A stretch of 49,369 bases of DNA. Origin: a virus. Its lineage: Duplodnaviria; Caudoviricetes. Shown piece after piece: positions 7,629 through 17,255 of the stretch (positions within the stretch are counted from its first letter, which is position 1; each line of letters begins with the position of its first letter). Under the pieces are notes generated by a model. The model worked only from the letters and a program-made list of their open reading frames with translations, was not told where the DNA came from and ran no database searches. The position numbers and the translations under genes were made by a program. The DNA is taken from IMG/VR virus record IMGVR_UViG_3300037423_000095, positions 1 to 49,369 of that record; one strand, given 5' to 3'.

Positions 7629-8020
7629 TGGACGTATTTGACGAATGTGTGCTAGGCATCTTTCGTGAATTTCCTATCCTGATTGCCCAATACAAAACCT
7701 ACACAGACGGACCCTACAACCCTGATACGGGCTCTGTAAGTCAAACAGTCACGTCTACGGACGTTGAAGCAATCATGATGGATTTGACACTGCAGAGTAA
7801 TGGTCTAAGCACTAAGTTTGGGACTCTTGTTATTGCCGGGGATAAGGAACTGTTCGTTAGACCTCGCCACAAGACCAACCCTACAAAGCCAATTATGGCA
7901 ATCAATCCTGCTACGGATCGCGTCGTGGTGAATGGTATCACTTACAAGATCGTCACCTTCAAAGAAATCAACCCTACAGGCGCAGACCCAATTCTGTATG
8001 ACCTGTACTTGCGTAGATAA
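7628..8020 (+). CDS. Head closure/stopper protein
   Basis: YNPDTG, IAGDKEL, D.V.VNG..Y.IV...INPTG..ILY.L.LRR pattern. Confidence 0.7.
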   Translation: MDVFDECVLGIFREFPILIAQYKTYTDGPYNPDTGSVSQTVTSTDVEAIMMDLTLQSNGLSTKFGTLVIAGDKELFVRPRHKTNPTKPIMAINPATDRVVVNGITYKIVTFKEINPTGADPILYDLYLRR

Positions 8021-8025
8021 CACAA

Positions 8026-8334
8026 ATGGTACCTATTTCTGCAAATCTGAATTTTCCCATCACATCTAACGGACAACTTATCTCTGTTACAGCTAGCTCG
8101 GTGGCTACGTCTATCGATGCCTCTGGCACCAGCAACGATGTGATGATCTACAACATGACCTCCACGATTGTGTATGTTCTTGCAGGCACATCTGGGACCA
8201 CAGCCACTACATCGTCCATGCCAATTCTCCCTGGAGAGAAAGGCACTTACTTCAAGGGCAACGCAACCCACCTTGCAGTGATCGGAACTGTGGCTGGAGG
8301 AAACCTGTGGGTTAAGGCTGGGGACGGTGCGTAA
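8026..8334 (+). CDS. Small beta-rich putative virion protein
   Basis: Ser/Thr/Gly-rich 102 aa inside the neck module. Confidence 0.5.
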   Translation: MVPISANLNFPITSNGQLISVTASSVATSIDASGTSNDVMIYNMTSTIVYVLAGTSGTTATTSSMPILPGEKGTYFKGNATHLAVIGTVAGGNLWVKAGDGA

Positions 8335-8843
8335 TGGTTACTCGTGTTCTTCCCGCCTCGGGGCCTATTCGACTTGTTAACAAAGTTGGATCGCTGACGG
8401 CTCCAGTATCCACATTGGGAGCAATTGCTGCTTCCACGTTCTTTCCGAACAACGATGGACAAGTCATCATTCCTGGCAGCACGTTGTACGCTGGGTGGAC
8501 TGGTGTACTAACGATGCTTGCAGACCGTACAGGCTCTACAGCAACGATCAGCAACGTGCTCCTGAAGTGGGGTACTTCTCCTGGTACTGGTAATACCACA
8601 ATTATCAACCAGAACGTCGCTACCACATCTAACAACGGTGTTCGTTACATCATTGACTTGTTCTACGACGGAACCAGAATGGTGGCTACTGGAAACCTTG
8701 GTGTGACGGCTTCAGGCTCTCCTGCGTTTTTCGAATTGGCTGTTAGCTCTGCTCAGAGTTTGTATATCGAAGCTGGGGCCTCCTCAATCACTTCGCCTGA
8801 CACTTTGAGACTTCTGATGCTCACGTTGGATAGGAAGAGTTAA
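8334..8843 (+). CDS. Putative virion accessory protein
   Basis: Coupled TAATG junction, beta-rich 169 aa. Confidence 0.5.
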   Translation: MVTRVLPASGPIRLVNKVGSLTAPVSTLGAIAASTFFPNNDGQVIIPGSTLYAGWTGVLTMLADRTGSTATISNVLLKWGTSPGTGNTTIINQNVATTSNNGVRYIIDLFYDGTRMVATGNLGVTASGSPAFFELAVSSAQSLYIEAGASSITSPDTLRLLMLTLDRKS

Positions 8844-8862
8844 GCCTGTCGCGTTACACAAA

Positions 8863-8890
8863 TTGACAAATGGGGGTTTTCTGCTATAAT
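8863..8890 (+). promoter_or_regulatory. Sigma70 promoter with extended -10
   Basis: TTGACA-16 nt-TATAAT with TGn; -10 overlaps ATG at 8889. Confidence 0.75.
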
Positions 8891-9332
8891 GGCAACAATT
8901 CGTGGGCCTTTTGCCCAGAGTGTATTTCAGCAGTCGCTGAAAATAATGAAACGGGTGAACGAGCGATGCTACGAGATTGGCATTGAGTTGTTCCTCTCCA
9001 TTGTTGACAAGACCCCCTCTCCCAACCATCCAGGCGAGACAGCCAAGGGTCTGCTAGTAAACAACTGGTTTCCCATGCAAGGAGACACCTTCTCCGGGGA
9101 AACCACTACGCAAACCAGCCCCTACGGGGCTGGCAGCATGCAACGCATCCGTGCTCTCAAAGGCAGGGAGTTCTATCTAAAGGATGGCACTCTCACTTTG
9201 AGCAACAACCTTCCTTACGCCTATCGAGCAGAAGTGCTTGGTTGGCCTACAAAAGATGGTTGGTCTGGACGTGTTGGCCCTTATGCGATGGTAGCTAAAT
9301 CTCTTCTTCAAGTATCGGCAAAGTATAAGTGA
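8889..9332 (+). CDS. Neck/tail completion protein (HK97 gp10-like)
   Basis: IVDKTP..G.L.NNW, LSNNLPYAYRAE.LGW..P..MV pattern. Confidence 0.75.
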   Translation: MATIRGPFAQSVFQQSLKIMKRVNERCYEIGIELFLSIVDKTPSPNHPGETAKGLLVNNWFPMQGDTFSGETTTQTSPYGAGSMQRIRALKGREFYLKDGTLTLSNNLPYAYRAEVLGWPTKDGWSGRVGPYAMVAKSLLQVSAKYK

Positions 9333-9733
9333 GCAATAAGCTAATCCGAGCCGAGTTGGAAGGGCGGCTAAAGACATGGGCAACAGCCCAATCGATTCCA
9401 GTAGCTTGGCAGAACACGGCTTTTACAAAGCCTGCTACGCAATTTCTGGAACCCTTTCTCATTCCTGTTGTAGTTAACAACTCCAACGTAGCCGGGAAGC
9501 GTGCAACGTACCTCGGCATTTTCCAAGTCAACTGTTGGTCGCCTATTGGTCCTGGCATGGGAGACGTAGAGACACTGGCTCAGTCAGTAGTCAATCTATT
9601 TCCTCTGCTACCTAAAGTTGGCGGCGTCTCTATTGAATCGACTCCATCTGCTCTAGACGCCATCAAGGATGACTCAGGCAATTGGATCATTGTTCCGGTG
9701 CGTATTTCGTATCGGTACGAAGCAAGCATCTAA
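9329..9733 (+). CDS. Tail terminator (DUF4128-like)
   Basis: VAWQN..F, GIFQVN..P.G.G, W.IVPVRISY. Confidence 0.78.
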   Translation: MSNKLIRAELEGRLKTWATAQSIPVAWQNTAFTKPATQFLEPFLIPVVVNNSNVAGKRATYLGIFQVNCWSPIGPGMGDVETLAQSVVNLFPLLPKVGGVSIESTPSALDAIKDDSGNWIIVPVRISYRYEASI

Positions 9734-9742
9734 GGAAACTAA

Positions 9743-10108
9743 ATGGCTCTCCTAACACAAAACGACCTGTTGAACCAAATCTCAGCGGTGACGCTTACAC
9801 GTCAACCCCTGTCGGCATCAGATACGTTCGCCTTCAACCAAGGCTCTGGTCAAAAGCTTTTCCTGTGGAACACCACAGCATCCCTTGTGACCGTCACGCT
9901 AACAAACGCTACTCCTAACGCCACTATCACTGTTGACCAACGTTATGGCCTGGGCGGAACGATTAGCACATCTTCTGGCAAAACTGTTGCTGTTGCTGCA
10001 TCGTCTTCAGTGATTGTTGACCTGGACGACTATGCCGCTTACCTGAACGGAACCGGCCTTGCAACGATTACTGGTGGAACCGGCGTAACTGCCCACCTGT
10101 ACGTCTAA
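9743..10108 (+). CDS. Putative virion protein
   Basis: AAGGA RBS, beta-rich 121 aa before the tail tube gene. Confidence 0.55.
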   Translation: MALLTQNDLLNQISAVTLTRQPLSASDTFAFNQGSGQKLFLWNTTASLVTVTLTNATPNATITVDQRYGLGGTISTSSGKTVAVAASSSVIVDLDDYAAYLNGTGLATITGGTGVTAHLYV

Positions 10109-10128
10109 TTCGAAATAAGGAATAAATC

Positions 10129-10566
10129 ATGGCAATCATGACCTCTGCCGGCTCAACGCTTGGCATTTCTGCTTCTCTGCCTGCTACGGAAGACGCTACA
10201 GGCTACAACGCTCTGACTTACACCTCTGTTGGTGAAATCACTGACCTTGGTGAGTTCGGTACTGAATACAGCACTGTGAACTTTACTGCGCTTGGCAATC
10301 GTCGCGTGCGTAAGTTCAAGGGTTCGTACAACAACGGTGCTCTCCAGCTTCAACTAGGCCGTGACACGGCTGACGCTGGACAAACGCTTCTGCGTACGGC
10401 TCTGGCATCTGACAACGACTACTCGTTCAAGGTGACTCTGCAAAACGGAACCAAGCTCTACTTCAAGGGCAAGGTGATGAGCTACAAGACCCAAGTGGGT
10501 TCTGTGGACCAAATTACGGCTGCGTCTACAACTGTAGAGGTGGTCAGTGATGTTGTTGAGGTCTAA
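10129..10566 (+). CDS. Major tail tube protein
   Basis: VGEITDLGEFG, RKFKGSYNNG, DAGQ..L..A motifs. Confidence 0.88.
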   Translation: MAIMTSAGSTLGISASLPATEDATGYNALTYTSVGEITDLGEFGTEYSTVNFTALGNRRVRKFKGSYNNGALQLQLGRDTADAGQTLLRTALASDNDYSFKVTLQNGTKLYFKGKVMSYKTQVGSVDQITAASTTVEVVSDVVEV

Positions 10567-10586
10567 TCCCTAACGGGAATTAGCGG

Positions 10587-10617
10587 AAGCGGGGATGGCA
10601 TAGCCTCCCCGCTTTTT
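10587..10617 (+). terminator. Intrinsic terminator after tail tube gene
   Basis: AAGCGGGGA..TCCCCGCTT stem plus T tract. Confidence 0.75.
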
Positions 10618-10714
10618 CTGTCTATAGAGCTACGAAGATAGCTCACGACATTTCATAAACTTTCTATTACCACAAAAGGACATAACAAATGTTTAATCTC
10701 GATTCTCACAGAGG

Positions 10715-11274
10715 ATGCTAACAACAGCCGAGTTTATAGAGAAGGCAAAGAGGATTCACGGAGACAAGTACGACTACAGCCTTTCAGTGTACTTGGGTGC
10801 TCATGAAAAGCTGACCGTCATTTGCCCACTGCACGGAAGTTTCCAAATCACCCCTGGCTCACACGCTAATAGAGGCAGCGGTGGATGCAAAGTGTGCAGA
10901 TACGAAAGGGTCGGCAACGCAAAGAGAAAGCCATTAGAGGAATTTGTAGCTCAAGCGAAACTGGTCCACGGCAACCGTTATGACTACTCCCTTATCAAAG
11001 GGTACGTAAACAATAAAGAGAAAGTACCTGTTATTTGCCACGAGCATGGTGTGTTCTTGGTTGCTCCGATGAATCATCTTCGCCAAAGAGGTTGCCCAAG
11101 TTGCCGGAAGTGTGGATACAGGAAGAATAGACCAGGACACCTGTACGTCTTACAAACGTTACTGAAGAATTTAAAGGCTCCACAGAGAGCTACTTAGGCG
11201 TCGATCTTGACGACCTTATAAAACACATCGCACAAAGTGTGATGCTATTACCACAAAGCATGAAAGGAAATTAA
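10715..11274 (+). pseudogene. Decayed free-standing homing endonuclease (two DUF723/CapR-like Zn repeats; GIY-YIG-type core apparently deleted)
   Basis: Two HG.RYDYS..ICxxHG.F..P.xH..GCxxC repeats, then GHLYVL and a stop at 11197; C-terminal FKGSTESY lies in another frame to 11274. Confidence 0.7.
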
Positions 11275-11276
11275 CT

Positions 11277-11678
11277 ATGTCATTCAATCTAGACGGTCTT
11301 GCCCTTAAGACTGAAAGCGTGTTCGTCCAGCTTCGTCACCCTGAAAACGACGAAAAGCTGTGGGCCGATAAGGACCAAAAGAAGCCTGTTGGGGTTCACG
11401 TATACGGTACGGCTTCGAAGGAATACCGTGCTGCTGTGAACGCGATGCAGAACCGCCAACTGAAGCGTAGCGGAAAGCCAAAGGCTGAAGTGATTCGTGA
11501 AGAAGGTGTAGAACTTCTGGTGGCTGTGAGCGAACGTGCTGAAAACCTTGAGTTCCAAGGCAAGCCCATCACTACGCCTGCACAGTTCCGTGAACTCTAC
11601 AGCGATCCCCGCTTCTCGTGGGTGAAGGACCAGATTGATGCTGCAGTGGGCGACACAGCAGCTTTTTTGGCCCAGTAA
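11277..11678 (+). CDS. Tail assembly chaperone (gpG-like)
   Basis: Between tube and tape measure; ends at a slippery site. Confidence 0.8.
   Translation: MSFNLDGLALKTESVFVQLRHPENDEKLWADKDQKKPVGVHVYGTASKEYRAAVNAMQNRQLKRSGKPKAEVIREEGVELLVAVSERAENLEFQGKPITTPAQFRELYSDPRFSWVKDQIDAAVGDTAAFLAQ
11663..11669 (+). promoter_or_regulatory. -1 ribosomal frameshift site T TTT TTG
   Basis: X XXY YYZ heptamer two codons before the stop; the -1 frame is open into ORF 11699-12118. Confidence 0.8.
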
Positions 11679-11698
11679 GGGAGTCTCTTCACCTCTAT

Positions 11699-12118
11699 GT
11701 GAAGAAGCTGGCGTGGCTCCATGCTACGCCTGAGGGTTCCAAGAAGAGTCGAATGCAGTCCTACAAAGAATTGGACGAAGACTCTTCTTTCTTGAAGATG
11801 CCTCCCCTTGACGGAGCAGAGTACATCGTACTCATGCTTCAAGAGGCAGGCACCATGTCTGCAACAGGCATGAGTGTTGTGCCTCTCTCATGGCAAGAGA
11901 TTGATGCATGGCTAAGAGTGACAGAGTTCAAGCCTGCCCTATGGGAACGCCTCATGGTGCGGGAATTGAGTGAAGTGTACGTGAGCGAGTTTATGCAAGC
12001 GTCCGACAGAAACCGTCCTCAGCCGTATGTGCATCAAGAAGAGCCAGAAGAAATCAACCGCGATGCGGTAGAGAACAAACTAATCAATGCTCTACGAGGG
12101 TTCAAGTTCAGAGCCTAA
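11699..12118 (+). CDS. Tail chaperone frameshift extension (gpT-like)
   Basis: -1 frame relative to gpG; PLSWQEIDAW motif; no RBS. Confidence 0.8.
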   Translation: MKKLAWLHATPEGSKKSRMQSYKELDEDSSFLKMPPLDGAEYIVLMLQEAGTMSATGMSVVPLSWQEIDAWLRVTEFKPALWERLMVRELSEVYVSEFMQASDRNRPQPYVHQEEPEEINRDAVENKLINALRGFKFRA

Positions 12119-12142
12119 TGTTCAAGAAAGAATAGGAACCAC

Positions 12143-15100
12143 ATGGAAGTTAGTCACCTACAGGTAAAGGTCACTTCCGATGGCGTTAAGGAAGTTAGTC
12201 AAGGTCTTGGAGGGCTTGGTAGATCTGCAGAAAATGCAGAGAAGAAAGTCAAGAACCTAACTGATGCCGTTACAGCGCTCATTGGAAAGAATTCAGACCT
12301 AGCCAAGTCCCAAAAGACTGCCACTGGCGCTGCTCAGCAGCAGCTTGGTGCATTCCAAAGTCTCCAAGCCTCTATGCTGGCAATTGCCCAGCACATGCAA
12401 ACCATGGCGAATGCTGCTGCCACTCTAGCGCAGAAGCAGAACCAACTAGCTGGTGCCACAAACAACGTATCAAACGCCTTCAGAGGGTCTTCCCACTGGG
12501 GCAGCGTAGCCATTTCTACGCTTAAGGCGATGGCTACGTACACCACTGCTATCAACTTGGGGAAGCTAGCTTCGTCGGTTGTGGAAGCTGGTGACGCATG
12601 GGCTAACGCTCGTGCCCGTATGACTGTTGTGACAGGTTCTGTTCACAACGCTAATGCAGCGCTAGAACGTACGTTTGAGATTGCTCAAGACCTCCGTGTA
12701 CCGCTTGACTCCGTGAACACACTGTTCGCACGTCTGTACCCCTCAATGGCTCGTATGGGCAAGGGCGGGGAAGAGACTGCTCGTGTTGTGAAGTCGGTGG
12801 CTACAGCGCTTCAACTGTCCGGTGCAACGGCTGCTGAAGCTAGCTCTACAATGTTGCAGCTATCTCAATCGTTCAACTCTGGACGTTTGAACGGTGGTGA
12901 ATTCAACTCGATTGCGGAGAACGGCCCCCTAATCATGGTGGCGTTGTCTGAGTCGATGAAGAAGCCCATCGAGACGCTAAAGAAGCTAGGCTCTGAAGGC
13001 AAGATCACGGGCATGGAGTTGTACAAGGCTCTGTCTGGTATGACTGCTCAGAAGTGGGATGAAGCCTTCCAGAAGATGCCGATTACCTTCGCAGGCTCGA
13101 TGCAGCTTCTGAAGAATGAATGGCTTCGTGCCATGGGCGAAATGTCCCAGGACGTTGGCTTCAACAAGCAACTTGTTGAAGGCGTGATGGTTCTTAAGAG
13201 CCTGATCCCGGGTATCGCTAAAGAAATTGGCAAGGCGTTCATTGCTTTCACTGGTTGGATTAAGGAAAACAAAGAGGGCCTGAGCCAAATCTGGGAGCAA
13301 GTAAAGGGCATCTTCGGAGACGTGTGGGAGATTGGTAAGGGCTTCCTGGCTATGCTTAGCGGAGTTCTGGGAGTGAACGATGGTATCAACATTGTCGCTG
13401 CTGCGATCTTCGGTATCCGCATGGGCATCGCTGGGGTTCAAGACGGTGTGTTGCTGCTTGGTGCTGCCTTCATGGGTCTTGGTGGATTGGTAGCTAAGTA
13501 CCTTGTATCCCCTCTACAAACAATCCTAGGTGTTGTACTTGGATCGATTGTTGCTGGTGTGGGCGACCTCATCAAGGGGTTGGGCTCAGCCGCCAGTGCT
13601 GTCGGTTTGGACAAGCTAGGAAATGCTCTGAAGTCTGTTGGTCAGTTCACCAATGATATCGGAATGAACATGACTCGTGCGGGCGATGCCACACGTAAGA
13701 TGGGTGACGAAGCTCTGGCTGCTTCCAAGAATGCAATCAGTTTTGTGTTCAGTGAAGACGGAGCAGTCAACAAGCTAATCAACTCTGAGAAAGAGTTGGC
13801 TGCAGTACGAGCAAAGAAGAAGACTGCTTTCAAGGATGAAAAGCTAGGCAAGTACCATGAGCCCGTTGATGAGAAGGCCCAAAAGGCCGCCGAACGTGCT
13901 CAAGCCAAATTCGAAGAAGACCTGGACAAGATCAACGACAAAATCAAGGCCCAGATGGAAGTTCGAGAAGAACTCTCTCATGCCTGGGACCGTGACTATC
14001 AAAAGATGTTGCCAGAGACGAAGCAGCGCATCGATCTTGAATCAGACCTAGACCGTATTTTTGTAAAGAAGGGTGTGACACTGAAAGAGATTGGCTACGC
14101 TCAAGAACGCCTAATTGCTGCTGTAAAGGCTGAGCAAGGCGCTATGCGTAATGCTGCTTGGGAAGAGTCCATCAAAATTGACAAGGAGCGCGTCAAGTCA
14201 ATCGAAGATCGCACAGAAGCCATCCTCAAGGAGACTCGTGCTCTTGAACGTAAGAACGAAGTCGAAGGCATGACAGAGAAGCAAGCCAAGGCTGGTGAGG
14301 TAAGTGAGATTCTAGCCAAGGCCGATTCGCTGAGTCGCATCAAGGACATCCTTGGCGACGGGGAGTGGTCCAAGGCTCTCGACGCTGAGATTGCGGCTCT
14401 TCGTGCTCTTGCCGGGGCCATGACGGAATATGGCAACGCGGCTGATGTGGAAGCTAGCAACAAGGCTCTGAAGGAACTTGACAAGCTGCTAGACCCGAAG
14501 CGTGCAGAACGCTTCGGACAGTCCTTCGTCAACACGTTCGGTAAGATTGGTAAGTCCGTTGGTGGACTGCTTGATGCCTTCACAAAGATTGAGAAGCGTC
14601 AAGACCGTTTGAAGGACTTGAACGAGAAGTACGAAAAGGCCAAAGTAAGTAACGCAGATAAGGCTAACAAGTACCTTACTCAAATCCAAGAAGAGCAGTT
14701 CACGGCTCAAGTAGCTGGTTATGCTGACGTGCTTGGTGCGATGAAGGGCTTCTTTAACGAGAAGTCGAAAGCGTACAAGGCTCTAGAGGCGGCTGAGAAG
14801 GTGTTCCGTGCGTTTGAGTTCGCAATGGAAATGAAGTCCTTCATCATGAAGCAGACCAATCTCTTGACGTTCCTGGGACTGAAGATCGGCGCAGACGCTG
14901 AAATGGCAACGTCGGCTGTGACTTCTGCTGAAGTACAAGCTGGTGCTGCTGAAGTAGCAGGACAAGCTAACGCCACAGCGGCTGTAGCCAACCAAGGTAA
15001 TGGTGATCCATATTCAGCCTTTGTTCGTATTGCTGCGATGGCTGCAATCATGGCTGCTCTTGGTTACGCTACGGGTGCATTCGGTGGTGGCTCTGCTCCA

Positions 15101-17242
15101 TCAGCACCTAAGACAAACCAAGGCACTGGTACAGTGTTTGGTGATCCAGAAGCTAAGAGCGAGAGCCTGAAGAAGTCTCTCGACATCCTGAGCGATGTGG
15201 ACACCATGACCATGAAGTACAGCGCTCAGATGGTATCTTCACTACGCAACATTGAATCGTTGCTTGGTGGAGTGACCAACCTAGTGCTGCGTAATGGCAG
15301 CGTGAACACTGGCAGCAACTTCGGTATTTTTCAAGGGGTTACTAAGAACAGCACCAACCCGCTTGAGAAGGCACTGGGCATTCCTGCTAACTACAGCATC
15401 CTTGGACCTGTTGGTGGCTTCATCAAGGCTCTTCGTGGCCTGTGGGGTAAGACAACGCAAGAGGTTGAACAAGCTGGTATCCAAATCAAGGGCTCTCTGG
15501 CTCAACTGATGCAAGGTCTTGGCATGCAGCAGTTTGCTAACGTCAAGGTGACTTCATCTTCATGGTTCGGCCTGAAGAAGGATACTCACTACGAGACACA
15601 AACTGGTGCTCTTGACCCTCAACTAGCCAAGCAGTTCGGGATGATCTTCTCTAGCTTCACAGACGCTATCAAGGGGGCTGCTGGTCCTCTAGGTGTGAGT
15701 CTGCTGGAGATTGATTCCAAGCTAAAGAACTTCGTTCTGGACCTTGGACAGATTGACCTGAAGGGCTTGAGTGGAGAGCAGATTCAAGAGAAGCTAGCCG
15801 CTGTGTTTGGGGCTGCTGGAGATAGGCTAGCGCAAGCTGCTATCCCTGGTCTTGATCGCTTCCAGAAGGTTGGTGAGGGCTACCTTGAAACGTTGGTGCG
15901 TGTATCAACTGGCGTTGAGCAAGCGGGCTACGAGCTAGACAAGCTGGGCATGACGGCAGTTGGACTTGCTTTGATTGTCAATGCTCAAGCTGAAGACCTA
16001 GGTGGCGAAATCGTCAAACAGTCTATCAAGATTGCTGAGGTTGCTCACGAAGCAAGTAGCGGTATCGCAGACATCGTTATGACTCTCACCGGCTCTGCTA
16101 GTGAAATTGCTGAAGCGTACAGGTCGTTGAAGGAAACTCAACGCTTGATGAAGAACGTGGGCCTGGGTGAGAACCTGAACCGTGATCTTCTGAAGGCTGC
16201 CGGTGGACTCGACGCTCTGAAGGATGCTTTGTCTTCTTACCAAGACAACTTCTTCAGTGACGCAGAGAAGCAAGCCATGAAGATGGCTAACCTGCAACAA
16301 GACTTCGCCAAGTTGAATCTGGCTCTGCCAGCAACTAAGGAAGCCTTCCGTGCGCTGGTTGACCAACTGTATGGCTCTGGCAACACTTCGTTGGCTGCTA
16401 AGGTGCTTCTGTTGGCTGATTCGTTTGCAGATTGGGCAGAGACAGCGGGTGAAAGTTCGCAAGCTGTAACTGACGCTCGTGATGCCCTGACGGATGCGTA
16501 CAACCGCGAGAAGGATGCCTTGGAGGAAACCAAGAGCAAGTTTGAAGACTTTACTAAGTCCCTAAAGGAGTTCCGTCAAGGTCTGATTACTGGTGACTTG
16601 AGCCCCTTGTCAAATACGGAAAAGTATGCTACACTTAAGGCTCAGTTCGAATCTACGTCTACGGCTGCAATGGCTGGTGACGAAGATGCGATTTCGAAGT
16701 TCGAAAGCGTAGCGAACGAATTCCTGCAGTTCTCTCGTGAATACAACGCCTCTGGCGCTCAGTACAACGAGGACTTCCAAAGAGTTCTCAATGAAACTGC
16801 GGCTCTTGAGCAGTACACGGCGGGACGTGCCTCTCTGGCAGAGCAACAACTAGATGCGCTGAATCAGCAAGTCCAAGGGTTGATCCAAGTCAACGAGAGT
16901 GTGTTGACTGTGGTGCAAGCCATTGCCAACCTACAAGCCGCTCTGACAGCCTCCACAGCGCCTGTTGCTGCTCCTGTAACCGTGAACAGCGGTGCTCAGC
17001 AGCCTGCAGCAACTAGCAGCATCCCGGCTACGCCGGATCGCTCTACGGCTTTGTCTGTTCAGCTAACAGAGGTGTCTGCTCAGTTGCAAGCCCTGCGCGA
17101 AGAAAACGCTCAGCAAGCTGCAGCCTTGGCTGCTGCCACGTACGACGCTAGCGAGCAAAACGCTCAAGCTATTGTCAGCGGCAACAACAGTAGTGGTTCG
17201 CTGGTGCTCAACAACGATGCAGGACAGTGGGGCGGGTTCTAA
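12143..17242 (+). CDS. Tape measure protein
   Basis: 1699 aa, Ala-rich helical; tape-measure domain QLSQSFNSGRLNGGEFNSIAEN. Confidence 0.95.
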   Translation: MEVSHLQVKVTSDGVKEVSQGLGGLGRSAENAEKKVKNLTDAVTALIGKNSDLAKSQKTATGAAQQQLGAFQSLQASMLAIAQHMQTMANAAATLAQKQNQLAGATNNVSNAFRGSSHWGSVAISTLKAMATYTTAINLGKLASSVVEAGDAWANARARMTVVTGSVHNANAALERTFEIAQDLRVPLDSVNTLFARLYPSMARMGKGGEETARVVKSVATALQLSGATAAEASSTMLQLSQSFNSGRLNGGEFNSIAENGPLIMVALSESMKKPIETLKKLGSEGKITGMELYKALSGMTAQKWDEAFQKMPITFAGSMQLLKNEWLRAMGEMSQDVGFNKQLVEGVMVLKSLIPGIAKEIGKAFIAFTGWIKENKEGLSQIWEQVKGIFGDVWEIGKGFLAMLSGVLGVNDGINIVAAAIFGIRMGIAGVQDGVLLLGAAFMGLGGLVAKYLVSPLQTILGVVLGSIVAGVGDLIKGLGSAASAVGLDKLGNALKSVGQFTNDIGMNMTRAGDATRKMGDEALAASKNAISFVFSEDGAVNKLINSEKELAAVRAKKKTAFKDEKLGKYHEPVDEKAQKAAERAQAKFEEDLDKINDKIKAQMEVREELSHAWDRDYQKMLPETKQRIDLESDLDRIFVKKGVTLKEIGYAQERLIAAVKAEQGAMRNAAWEESIKIDKERVKSIEDRTEAILKETRALERKNEVEGMTEKQAKAGEVSEILAKADSLSRIKDILGDGEWSKALDAEIAALRALAGAMTEYGNAADVEASNKALKELDKLLDPKRAERFGQSFVNTFGKIGKSVGGLLDAFTKIEKRQDRLKDLNEKYEKAKVSNADKANKYLTQIQEEQFTAQVAGYADVLGAMKGFFNEKSKAYKALEAAEKVFRAFEFAMEMKSFIMKQTNLLTFLGLKIGADAEMATSAVTSAEVQAGAAEVAGQANATAAVANQGNGDPYSAFVRIAAMAAIMAALGYATGAFGGGSAPSAPKTNQGTGTVFGDPEAKSESLKKSLDILSDVDTMTMKYSAQMVSSLRNIESLLGGVTNLVLRNGSVNTGSNFGIFQGVTKNSTNPLEKALGIPANYSILGPVGGFIKALRGLWGKTTQEVEQAGIQIKGSLAQLMQGLGMQQFANVKVTSSSWFGLKKDTHYETQTGALDPQLAKQFGMIFSSFTDAIKGAAGPLGVSLLEIDSKLKNFVLDLGQIDLKGLSGEQIQEKLAAVFGAAGDRLAQAAIPGLDRFQKVGEGYLETLVRVSTGVEQAGYELDKLGMTAVGLALIVNAQAEDLGGEIVKQSIKIAEVAHEASSGIADIVMTLTGSASEIAEAYRSLKETQRLMKNVGLGENLNRDLLKAAGGLDALKDALSSYQDNFFSDAEKQAMKMANLQQDFAKLNLALPATKEAFRALVDQLYGSGNTSLAAKVLLLADSFADWAETAGESSQAVTDARDALTDAYNREKDALEETKSKFEDFTKSLKEFRQGLITGDLSPLSNTEKYATLKAQFESTSTAAMAGDEDAISKFESVANEFLQFSREYNASGAQYNEDFQRVLNETAALEQYTAGRASLAEQQLDALNQQVQGLIQVNESVLTVVQAIANLQAALTASTAPVAAPVTVNSGAQQPAATSSIPATPDRSTALSVQLTEVSAQLQALREENAQQAAALAAATYDASEQNAQAIVSGNNSSGSLVLNNDAGQWGGF

Positions 17243-17255
17243 CTAAAAAGGTGTT

